A stretch of 64,000 nucleotides of DNA from Eubacteriales bacterium (lineage in GTDB: Bacteria > Bacillota > Clostridia > Christensenellales > UBA1750): assembly GCA_031553225.1 (NCBI GenBank), contig JAVBLU010000017.1:4375-68374 (forward strand). The letters run 5' to 3'. Positions 1-7,573 of this stretch are shown piece after piece (within the stretch, counting starts at the first letter, position 1; the number at the start of each line of letters is the position of its first letter). Made by a program: the position numbers and the translations under genes. The notes beneath the pieces were generated by a model that did not search any database, was not told the DNA's origin, and saw only the letters and a program-made list of their open reading frames with translations.

Positions 1-15
1 GCAGAAGGAGGTACA

Positions 16-90
16 ATGAGAAAGCGCCTGAAATACCGCATAACTCGGGCGGGGAGGAATCATCAAGTGATCGAGCTGAAAAACAGGTAA
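16..90 (+). CDS. Putative hflX leader peptide (24 aa, MRKRLKYRITRAGRNHQVIELKNR); in-frame internal GTG at 67 gives 7-aa MIELKNR
   Basis: AAGGAGG precedes ATG16 and GGAGG (53-57) precedes in-frame GTG67. Shared TAA at 88-90. Too short for the ORF track; upstream context is cut off by the window edge. Confidence 0.4.
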   Translation: MRKRLKYRITRAGRNHQVIELKNR

Positions 91-129
91 TCATGCACCC
101 GCCGTTTTTTTGTCTATGGAGGAATCAGC

Positions 130-1908
130 TTGATACATGGAAATACCGAAGGCGTGCGCGCCTCAGTCCTGAAGCTCATGGAGGGGCTCTACGAGATCGA
201 GGTCGACGCGGACGCATTTGCCCCTCTGTCTTTGATTGAACCGATGGCGGCCTTTACGGCCCGCTTAAACCGTGAGCTGTCCGTCTACGTGTCGCGTGAC
301 GGCGCCGTACTGGACGTATCCATCGGCGACAACAGCACCGTATCCCTGCAGAACATGCGCCTGAGGCGCAACCCGCAGCGCCTGTCGGGCGTGCGGTGCC
401 TGCACACGCACCCGGGCGGGGACGCCATGCTCTCCGCCGTGGATTTGCAGTCCCTGCAGAAGATGAAGTTCGACGCCATGTCCGCCATCGGCGTGCGGGA
501 GGAAGGCAAACCCTGCGCTGTGAGCGCCGCCTTTCTTGGCGCGCGCGAACCGAGCGGTAACAACAAGACCTTTGTGGAAGGCCCGGTGGGCATTTATCAA
601 ATTCCCCAGTCCGCATGGATGGACCGCATCCGTGAGGCTGACCGCCAAGTGGCCGCAAGCTTTGGCCCGTCCGAGCAGGTAAAAACGGAAAAGGCCGTGC
701 TTGTAGGGGTGGCCGCCGGGCCGCAGGATGAGAGCATGGTGGAGCTTCGCCGGCTGACCGAGACGGCGGGCGGCGAGGTGACGGCGGTTGTCACGCAAAA
801 AACGCACAAACAGGACCCGGCGACCTACATCGGCAAAGGCAAGGCGGAGGAGCTCTCGCTGCTCGTGCAGGGCAGCGAATGCGACCTGTGCGTGTTTGAC
901 GACGAACTGACCGGCGCGCAGCTGCGAAACCTGGAGGAAATGCTCGGCGTGCGCGTGATCGACCGCACGGCGCTCATCCTGGACATCTTTTCCCAGCGCG
1001 CCAAATCCAGGGAGGGCAAGCTTCAGGTGGAGCTTGCGCAGCTTATGTATAAGCTGCCCCGCCTCACGGGCCAGGGCGTGTCGCTTTCCCGTCTGGTGGG
1101 CGGCGGCGGCATCGGGCTGCGCGGCCGCGGCGCGGGCGAAACCAAACTGGAGCTCGACCGGCGGCACATCCGCAGCCGTATCACCGACATCGAGCGCGAG
1201 CTTGCGGGCGTTGCCCAGGAGCGCGACGTGCGCCGCGCCCGGCGCGAGAAAAGCGAAGTGCCCGTGGTGGCTCTGGTGGGCTACACGAACTCCGGTAAAT
1301 CCACGCTCCTCAACCGCCTGTCCTCCGCGGGCGTGCTCGCCGAGGACAAACTCTTCGCCACGCTGGATCCTGTATCCCGGCGCATCACTTTGCCCGGCGG
1401 GCAGGAGACACTGCTTGTGGACACGGTCGGTTTTATCAACAAATTGCCGCACGACCTGGTGCGCGCGTTCAAGTCCACGCTGGAGGAAGCGCTGCACGCC
1501 GACCTGCTGCTCATCGTGCAGGACGCCGCCCACCCGCACGCCGCGCATCAGCAGGCCGTGGTGGACGAGGTGCTCGCCGAGCTGCAAGCGGCTGACAAGC
1601 CGCGCATCGACGTACTCAACAAGATGGACATCGTTACCGGCGAGGTGGAGGTGGGCCGTCCGGGCGCGGTGATGATTTCCGCGGCGAGCGGCGCCGGGTG
1701 CGACCGGCTGCTGCAGAGCGTGGCCGAGAGGCTCGCACAGAACCGCCGCAAGCTTTCCATGCTCATCCCCCACAGCAACGGCGCGGCGCGCGCCTTTCTG
1801 CATGAACGGGGCACCATTCTCAGCGAGGATTTCACGCCGGAGGGCGCGCAGATCGAGGCGACCATCGAGCCCGCCGACTACGACCGTCTTCTGCGCATGC
1901 TTATCTGA
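130..1908 (+). CDS. hflX: Ribosome-splitting GTPase HflX, long form with ~180-aa N-terminal extension
   Basis: YIGKGKAEEL, DRTALILDIF, EGKLQVELAQ, GETKLELDRR, G1 GYTNSGKS, LFATLD, DTVG, NKMD. GGAGG plus TTG start. Confidence 0.95.
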   Translation: MIHGNTEGVRASVLKLMEGLYEIEVDADAFAPLSLIEPMAAFTARLNRELSVYVSRDGAVLDVSIGDNSTVSLQNMRLRRNPQRLSGVRCLHTHPGGDAMLSAVDLQSLQKMKFDAMSAIGVREEGKPCAVSAAFLGAREPSGNNKTFVEGPVGIYQIPQSAWMDRIREADRQVAASFGPSEQVKTEKAVLVGVAAGPQDESMVELRRLTETAGGEVTAVVTQKTHKQDPATYIGKGKAEELSLLVQGSECDLCVFDDELTGAQLRNLEEMLGVRVIDRTALILDIFSQRAKSREGKLQVELAQLMYKLPRLTGQGVSLSRLVGGGGIGLRGRGAGETKLELDRRHIRSRITDIERELAGVAQERDVRRARREKSEVPVVALVGYTNSGKSTLLNRLSSAGVLAEDKLFATLDPVSRRITLPGGQETLLVDTVGFINKLPHDLVRAFKSTLEEALHADLLLIVQDAAHPHAAHQQAVVDEVLAELQAADKPRIDVLNKMDIVTGEVEVGRPGAVMISAASGAGCDRLLQSVAERLAQNRRKLSMLIPHSNGAARAFLHERGTILSEDFTPEGAQIEATIEPADYDRLLRMLI

Positions 1909-1937
1909 CGCCCACGGAATAACCCTATCAGCGCTCG

Positions 1938-1974
1938 GCGCTCCGGTCCGCCTTCGCGGCCCGGGGCGCTTTTT
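1938..1974 (+). terminator. Intrinsic terminator after hflX
   Basis: GCGCTCCGG...CCGGGGCGC hairpin followed by TTTTT. Confidence 0.7.
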
Positions 1975-2144
1975 GTGTGCATTTTCCTCTCCGCAGGGCG
2001 CGTTACTTTTCGCTCGTCCTCCTGATCTATGGCCGCTTGCGGGCAAGCGCTTTTCAGAGCGCGTCTCCCGCGGTATCATCGCCGGGAGCCCTTTCGCATA
2101 TACATTTCTTGAACGCCCTGGTAGGGGTGCTCGGAGGTGTGGTT

Positions 2145-3293
2145 ATGCAGGAGGAATACCGGCGCATTTATAACGTATTGCAGCCGATGGATTCCATCGG
2201 CGCGGCGGTGAGCGGGTTTGCCAAGCTGGAGGTGCGCCACGGCCGCTGCCGCCTGGCCTTCTCTATGCAGGGGCTGAAGGCAGGGGACGGGGAGGTATAC
2301 CGCGCCGCCCTCATATCGCGTGATTTGCGCAGGGCCGTGGACGTTGGCCGCATGGGTGCGGACTACCGCGGCTGCGCGGCGTGCGAGGCGGTGTACGAAT
2401 CGGGCGACGTGCAGCGCTGGCCCGTCAGCGATTACGACGCGGTGGCCGTGTACCGCATGGCGCCCGGCCAGGTGCAGTTGGTTTTGGTGGGGCACGTGGG
2501 CAAGGGAGCGCCTGTGGACTGGAAGGTCGTGCGCGCCTTGGTGGCGCGCCTGCATGAACCTCCGGCGGCCCCGGTCGGACCCGCGCCAATCGCTCCGCCA
2601 GCGCCTCCAGCGTCGGCTGAGTCCGGCGCCGCCGCCGAACCATCCGCCGCGAAGACCTCCGACGCGCCGCCGTCCGCGCCTTCTGCGGCGGCCGAATCCG
2701 ATGCTGCTTCCGACATGCCCGCAGCGCCCGATCCGCCTCCTGCATCCGACGACGCACCCGTGGTCGTCGCAGCCAGCGCCGACGAACAGACCGGGGAGCA
2801 GCTGCCCGGTGGTCAGGAACCGACCGAGGTCGGGGTACCGTCCAGCGATGAGCCCATGGAACCAGGCGCATTTCGTGCCGTCGGCCCTGAGGACGAGGCG
2901 TTTTATGCCCCGCCGCCCCCGCCGCCGGCCTCCCTGCGCCGCGCCGCCGCACCTGCCGCGCAGGACGAGCGCTATACCTGGCCGGAGGCCGCCCGAGACA
3001 CGGCGGCCCTCTTTCGCGGCGCCGAACCCGTTCAGGCCATCGACGGTTTGGCCGTATACCGCCGCGTGGCCATGCCCGGCGGCATCATCGGCATCGACCA
3101 TTATCTGCTGGGCGTGCGGTTGCAGGAGTCGGAGGTTGTCGCCGTGGCCTACGCCATCCCCGGCTCCTATCGGGCCACCCCGCCGCCCGGCCTGGAAGGG
3201 TACCTTTGGCAGCCCGCCCCGTCCGGCGGATCCGGCTACTGGGTGTGCTGGCAGGACGCGGGCACAGGCGTGAACATCCCTCCGCCGGCATAA
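2145..3293 (+). CDS. Clostridial two-domain protein with Pro/Ala-rich linker (DUF6128-like)
   Basis: GGAGGTG RBS before ATG2145. N-terminal YRR..GFAKLEVR, low-complexity PA linker, C-terminal HYLLG..YAIPG..GYW. Confidence 0.65.
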   Translation: MQEEYRRIYNVLQPMDSIGAAVSGFAKLEVRHGRCRLAFSMQGLKAGDGEVYRAALISRDLRRAVDVGRMGADYRGCAACEAVYESGDVQRWPVSDYDAVAVYRMAPGQVQLVLVGHVGKGAPVDWKVVRALVARLHEPPAAPVGPAPIAPPAPPASAESGAAAEPSAAKTSDAPPSAPSAAAESDAASDMPAAPDPPPASDDAPVVVAASADEQTGEQLPGGQEPTEVGVPSSDEPMEPGAFRAVGPEDEAFYAPPPPPPASLRRAAAPAAQDERYTWPEAARDTAALFRGAEPVQAIDGLAVYRRVAMPGGIIGIDHYLLGVRLQESEVVAVAYAIPGSYRATPPPGLEGYLWQPAPSGGSGYWVCWQDAGTGVNIPPPA

Positions 3294-3331
3294 AGCGCGG
3301 GCGGAACACCGGTTATATCGCCAAAACCGAA

Positions 3332-3368
3332 CAAAAAGGCCCCGCGGCTTTGCATGCCGCAGGGCCTG
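3332..3368 (-). terminator. Hairpin between convergent genes; U-tract on the minus strand
   Basis: AAAAAGGCCCCGCGGC...GCCGCAGGGCCT. Confidence 0.6.
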
Positions 3369-3421
3369 CCTGCGTTGTATGACGGAAATGACGCCCTGAG
3401 GAGGGATCGCCCGTACCCGCC

Positions 3422-4864
3422 CTACACCTGCGCCCGCAGATCCTCGCCCTCCTCCTCGGATGCGGGCTGGCCCGAGCGCTTGAGCTGAAGGTAGGCAACA
3501 AGGCGGGCATGGAGGCCGAAGGAGAGGGGATAGCGGCGGGCGGCGAGAATGGATACGGCGAGCAGCACGAGGGGGGCGAAGGCGATCAGCGAGCGGATGG
3601 CCAGCAGAACGGCGGCGGGCTGAGCCTGCGGTATGTTCTTGGACGCGCCATCCACGAGTTCAACCAGGGGCTTGAGGTAGCCGCACCTGTCCAGAAGAAG
3701 AAGGGCCAAAGCGTTGCTGCCGGCGGCCGCGCATTTGCGCAAAAAGGTTTGCACGCCCGAGAACGAGCCCTCGGCGCGGCGGCCGATGATCAGCTCGCCC
3801 GCGTCGGTCACGTCGCCAAAGGCGGCGTGAACGGCCACCATGGGAAAGGCGATGGAGAAGCCCATGCCCGCGGCCAGAAGGAAGACAAAAACGACGGGCT
3901 GGCCAGGCTGAAGCAGCCAGGTGACCAGGCAAAAGACCACCCATAGGACGCAGCCGATGGAGAAGGTGGGCGCTTTGCCCAGCCGCTTCATGCAGGCGGA
4001 CACAACGGGCAGAAAAAGCAGCTGACACACCACGAGCAATCCAAGGACGATGGAGAGCAGGTCTGGCCGGCCGATGTGGTAGGTCATAAAGTAGGAAAAA
4101 AGCATGGACACGATGTCCAGCGTCATGAACACGCCCAGATACATCGGGATGAACAGGCGGAAGGAGCGCACGCGAAAGGGCGCTGCGAGCGCTTTCAGGG
4201 CGTCTTGCAGCTTCACGCGCGGCGTGTTCATAAAGGCGGGATTCTCATGCACGCCGCGCACCATGAAGGCCCAGGGAACCGCAAAAAACAGGCCGAAACA
4301 CGCGGCCATCACGATGTACCCGGTGCGGATGTCGGCAAAGGCGTTAATGATGTAGCTGGGCATCAGCGCGCATACAAGCGTAGACCCGAAGGAGAAGATC
4401 ATGCGTGTGGTGGCGATGGAAGCGCGCTCGTTGTAATCCAGCGTCAGTTCGGCGGCCATGGCCTGGTAGGGCACCATCACCAGCGTTGTCACCGTGTTCA
4501 GGAACACGTAGGCCCCCATGGCGTAGGCTACGCGCAGCCCTTCGGCGGAGAAACCGACCGGATTCCATAGGATGACGAACGATAGGAAGATGAGCGGCAC
4601 GCCGACCGCGAAGTACGGCTTGCGGCGGCCCATGCGCGAGCGGGTGTTGTCGGAGATCAGGCCCATGGCCGGGTCGGTCACGGCGTCCCAGAACCGGGCG
4701 ACCAACATGATAAGCCCGGCCCAGCGCGGGTCAATCCGGCAGACGTCCGTAAGGAAAATGGCGTAAAAGAAGTTGACGATGTTCATTACGCCGCCGCCGT
4801 ATACGTCCGGCCAGGAAAAGAGGACCTTCGTTTTGGTGGAGAGCTTGTCCTGCGCTTGCGTCAT
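3422..4864 (-). CDS. MFS glycoside-pentoside-hexuronide (MelB-like) cation symporter
   Basis: WDAVTDPAMGLISDNTRSRMGRRKPY and ELTLDYNER motifs; about 12 hydrophobic segments. Confidence 0.9.
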   Translation of the reverse strand: MTQAQDKLSTKTKVLFSWPDVYGGGVMNIVNFFYAIFLTDVCRIDPRWAGLIMLVARFWDAVTDPAMGLISDNTRSRMGRRKPYFAVGVPLIFLSFVILWNPVGFSAEGLRVAYAMGAYVFLNTVTTLVMVPYQAMAAELTLDYNERASIATTRMIFSFGSTLVCALMPSYIINAFADIRTGYIVMAACFGLFFAVPWAFMVRGVHENPAFMNTPRVKLQDALKALAAPFRVRSFRLFIPMYLGVFMTLDIVSMLFSYFMTYHIGRPDLLSIVLGLLVVCQLLFLPVVSACMKRLGKAPTFSIGCVLWVVFCLVTWLLQPGQPVVFVFLLAAGMGFSIAFPMVAVHAAFGDVTDAGELIIGRRAEGSFSGVQTFLRKCAAAGSNALALLLLDRCGYLKPLVELVDGASKNIPQAQPAAVLLAIRSLIAFAPLVLLAVSILAARRYPLSFGLHARLVAYLQLKRSGQPASEEEGEDLRAQV

Positions 4865-4951
4865 GTGTTACGCCCCTCTCTTGGCACCAGTGTACCAAAT
4901 GGGAAGAACAAGCGCCAGTAGAAATAAGTAATGAGAAAAAAGAAAATGCAC

Positions 4952-4980
4952 TTGACTATTATTTAGGTTTGATTTAGAAT
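4952..4980 (+). promoter_or_regulatory. SigA-type promoter for the DUF2089 operon
   Basis: TTGACT-17 bp-TAGAAT with an A-rich upstream element. Confidence 0.7.
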
Positions 4981-5003
4981 ATGGACATGAGGAGGGATGA
5001 TCA

Positions 5004-5372
5004 GTGAAGTACAAAGTGCCCGTCCGGTGCCCGGTATGCGCCGGAACGCTGACGATCAGCCAGCTGCACTGTGAGCAGTGCGGCTCGGAGATACGGGGCG
5101 GGTTTTCGCCCTGCCGGTTCTGCACGCTGCCGGAGAACCATCTGCGCGTGATCGAGACGTATCTGCGCTGCAAGGGGAACATCAAGGAGATGGAGCGGGC
5201 GCTGGACGTCAGCTATCCAACGGCCCGCAACATGCTGGACGCGGCGCTGGAGGCGCTCGGATTCGCGGACGGGGAGCCGCCCGCCGCCACCGAGCGCAAG
5301 GAGACACTGCAGGCGCTGGAGCGCGGCGAGATCACGGCGGAACAGGCGCTTGCGCGCATGCGCACAAAGTAG
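5004..5372 (+). CDS. DUF2089-family protein (Zn ribbon + HTH + SHOCT-like tail)
   Basis: CPVC..CEQC, GNIKEMERALDVSYPTARNML, C-terminal LQALERGEITAEQA. GAGGAGG plus GTG. Confidence 0.85.
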   Translation: MKYKVPVRCPVCAGTLTISQLHCEQCGSEIRGGFSPCRFCTLPENHLRVIETYLRCKGNIKEMERALDVSYPTARNMLDAALEALGFADGEPPAATERKETLQALERGEITAEQALARMRTK

Positions 5373-5385
5373 AGGAGGGCGAACG

Positions 5386-5877
5386 ATGGACACGGATCAA
5401 ACGACAATTCTGCGTTTGGTGCAGGAGGGAAAGCTGACGCCCCAGGAGGGTGCGCAGCTGCTGGAGGCCATGTCGGGCGCGGGCAAGGCGGCCCCGTCCA
5501 AACCGTTTCCCGCGGCGGCCCGGCAGGAGGCCGAGGCCGCGCCGCGCAAAGGCAAGGGCCGCTTTCTGCATGTCGTGGTCAAGGTGCAGCAGGAGGCAAA
5601 CGAAGGAGAGAGCAAACAGCAGGACGTGGACGTGGATATCAACGTGCCCCTGGCGCTTGCGCGCAATATACTGCCCATGCTCGAGCGGGCCATCCCTGCG
5701 GACGCGCGCCGCCAGATAGAGGAGCAGGGCGTGGATCTGACGGCGGTCGTTGGCATGCTGCAGACCCTGGATGAGGACATGGAAGGCCGTGACCTGGTGA
5801 ACGCGGTCATTCACCAAAACGCGGATGAGGAAGGCAGCCACCGGCAGGACGTGCGGGTGCTCATCAATGTGGACTAG
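5386..5877 (+). CDS. SHOCT-like domain protein (YvlB/LiaX-like N-terminus)
   Basis: ILRLVQEGKLTPQEGAQLLEAM, then V.INVPLALA. AGGAGG RBS. Confidence 0.8.
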   Translation: MDTDQTTILRLVQEGKLTPQEGAQLLEAMSGAGKAAPSKPFPAAARQEAEAAPRKGKGRFLHVVVKVQQEANEGESKQQDVDVDINVPLALARNILPMLERAIPADARRQIEEQGVDLTAVVGMLQTLDEDMEGRDLVNAVIHQNADEEGSHRQDVRVLINVD

Positions 5878-6226
5878 GCCGAGCGTGCTGTGTCTGTGGC
5901 TGAATGTGCTGAACGCGCCGAGGGACGGCGGGCGGGGCGTGCACATCAAGCTGCCGCTTTCGCTGGACACAGCGCCTATCGTTGACCTGCTGGAGGATGC
6001 CCTGGACCTGGAGGCGCTTCTGACGCCTTCCTGCCGCGAAGCGATACGAAGGCGCATGACGCAGGGAAAGCGCGCCGGCCAGTGGAGCTTTGCTCAGGCG
6101 TGCGACGTGGCCGAGTTGGCGCGTCCCCTCCTGTCCTCGCTGCGGGGACTGCAACTAAGCGTAAGGGTAAACGAGGGCAAGGGGGCGCGCCGCTCGCGGG
6201 TGCGCGTGCATATGCAGGCTTTGTGA
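5867..6226 (+). CDS. Hypothetical protein of the DUF2089 operon
   Basis: Overlaps the upstream stop and fills the operon gap; HIKLPLSL resembles the neighbour's INVPLAL. Start uncertain. Confidence 0.55.
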   Translation: MWTRPSVLCLWLNVLNAPRDGGRGVHIKLPLSLDTAPIVDLLEDALDLEALLTPSCREAIRRRMTQGKRAGQWSFAQACDVAELARPLLSSLRGLQLSVRVNEGKGARRSRVRVHMQAL

Positions 6227-6239
6227 GGAGAGAGGAACC

Positions 6240-6596
6240 GTGAACAAGCTGCTTGCGAAGATCATCGGCGGGGCGCTCGGATTTCTGTGCGTGTGCGCAG
6301 CCCTGCCCGGCGCGCGTACGGGCGCATGGCCCGGTTTTTTGCTGGCGCTGTGCGTGATGACGGCGCTGTACATGGCGCTGCGCCTGCTCACGCGGCCCCT
6401 CACGCTGGCCTTTGATATTCTTTTGCTCGGCATACCGCGCTTTTTGGTGGAGGCGGCCGTGGTGCTCGGCCTGGCGCACGCGTTGCCGTCGGTGGAGCTG
6501 CCCGGCTACTGGTGGGCGCTGCTGGCGGTAATCGCCTGCAACGTCGGCATGCACATCGGCCGAAACGCCGCCAAGGACGCCGCGCGGCGCGACTAG
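6240..6596 (+). CDS. 4-TM membrane protein, YvlD/'phage holin superfamily IV'-like
   Basis: LRLLTRPLTLAFDILLLG pattern, four hydrophobic helices, Psp-type gene context. Confidence 0.65.
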   Translation: MNKLLAKIIGGALGFLCVCAALPGARTGAWPGFLLALCVMTALYMALRLLTRPLTLAFDILLLGIPRFLVEAAVVLGLAHALPSVELPGYWWALLAVIACNVGMHIGRNAAKDAARRD

Positions 6597-6618
6597 CTCT
6601 GCGGCGCGCGGCGCATGA

Positions 6619-6650
6619 TTCCCGCCGGACGGTGTCCGGCGGGAAATTTT
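6619..6650 (+). terminator. Terminator-like hairpin
   Basis: Perfect TTCCCGCCGGAC-ggt-GTCCGGCGGGAA followed by ATTTT. Confidence 0.65.
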
Positions 6651-6658
6651 CTGTATTT

Positions 6659-6686
6659 GGCAACCGCGGGCGGCGGCCGTCCGTTA
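6659..6686 (+). promoter_or_regulatory. Probable ECF-type autoregulatory promoter
   Basis: GGCAAC-17 bp-CGTTA (AAC/CGT ECF signature) about 28 nt before the sigma start. Confidence 0.55.
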
Positions 6687-6713
6687 TACTGGTCGTAGGA
6701 AAACGCGGGAGGG

Positions 6714-7238
6714 ATGCGGGTGCTCACGGACGAACAGCTGGCCGCTCTCGCCGCGCAAGGCAACCGGATGGCGCTTTCGCAGCTGGCCGAACGCTACCAC
6801 GAGCGGCTCTTCCGGTTCTACTATAAATGCGCAGGGCCCAACATGGCGGCGGACATGGCGCAGGCGGCGCTGCTGCGGCTGGTGGAGCGCGTGCACCGCT
6901 ACCGGGCTGGGCCGCAGCCCTTTAGCGCGTGGCTGTTCACGCTGGCGTACCGCCTGTTCATCGACGAAACGCGCAAGAAGCGCCCGCTTCCTCTGCCGTA
7001 CGAGGACATCCGGCGGATCGCGGGCGGGCGGGAGGAGAGCGCTGCGGCGGTGGAGCGGCAGGAGGCGCAGCGGCTTCTGCGGACGCTGAAACCGGATCTT
7101 CGGGCGATGGTCGTGCTGCGCTACTACATGGACCAATCCTACGAGGAGATCGCAACGGCCATGGGCACCAGCGCCGTGCGGGTAAAATGGCGGCTGCACG
7201 ACGCGCTGGAGCGCATGAGAAAGGAGGCGCAAGCATGA
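6714..7238 (+). CDS. ECF RNA polymerase sigma factor
   Basis: Region 2 (AADMAQ..FSAWLFTLAYRLFIDE) and region 4 (LRYYMDQSYEEIATAMG..VKWRLH). Confidence 0.92.
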   Translation: MRVLTDEQLAALAAQGNRMALSQLAERYHERLFRFYYKCAGPNMAADMAQAALLRLVERVHRYRAGPQPFSAWLFTLAYRLFIDETRKKRPLPLPYEDIRRIAGGREESAAAVERQEAQRLLRTLKPDLRAMVVLRYYMDQSYEEIATAMGTSAVRVKWRLHDALERMRKEAQA

Positions 7239-7573
7239 CGGTGGAGGAACTGCTGCGAAAGGACGCAGCGCTGGCGATGCCTGCGCCGGACACGAAGGCG
7301 GCCATGGGCGAGCTGTCGCCGCACATCGCAAAGGCCGCGCATCAGGCAAAACTGCGCGCCTCGCGCAGGCGGGAGGCGGGCATGGCCGCCGCGGCGTGCC
7401 TGCCCGCGCTGGCCCTGCTTGCGGGGGCGGCCTCGGCGGCGTTGCTGGGCGACTGGAGCGCGTGCCTTGCGCAGCTTGCGCCTCTGGGCGCGCTTGCCGT
7501 GGCAGCGCTTGCCGCGCTGCCCGTGCTGGAACACATCAGGGCTTCGGGAAAGAACGGGAGGATGACAACATGA
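7235..7573 (+). CDS. Putative 2-TM anti-sigma factor
   Basis: ATGA overlap with sigma, AAGGAGG RBS, soluble N-terminus plus two TM helices. Confidence 0.6.
   Translation: MTVEELLRKDAALAMPAPDTKAAMGELSPHIAKAAHQAKLRASRRREAGMAAAACLPALALLAGAASAALLGDWSACLAQLAPLGALAVAALAALPVLEHIRASGKNGRMTT

Noticed and set aside
1-111. hfq 3' end or a known riboswitch upstream of hflX
   Set aside because: No YKHA-type Hfq motif in any frame, and no match by eye to c-di-AMP, c-di-GMP, glycine, lysine or T-box consensus. An Infernal scan is still needed.
2560-2960. Low-complexity GC-rich repeats as a CRISPR array or VNTR
   Set aside because: They encode a Pro/Ala linker, with no fixed-length repeat-spacer structure.
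6240-6596. Holin-like gene as a sign of a prophage
   Set aside because: No phage genes or integrase nearby; this family is a normal member of Psp/Yvl-type operons.
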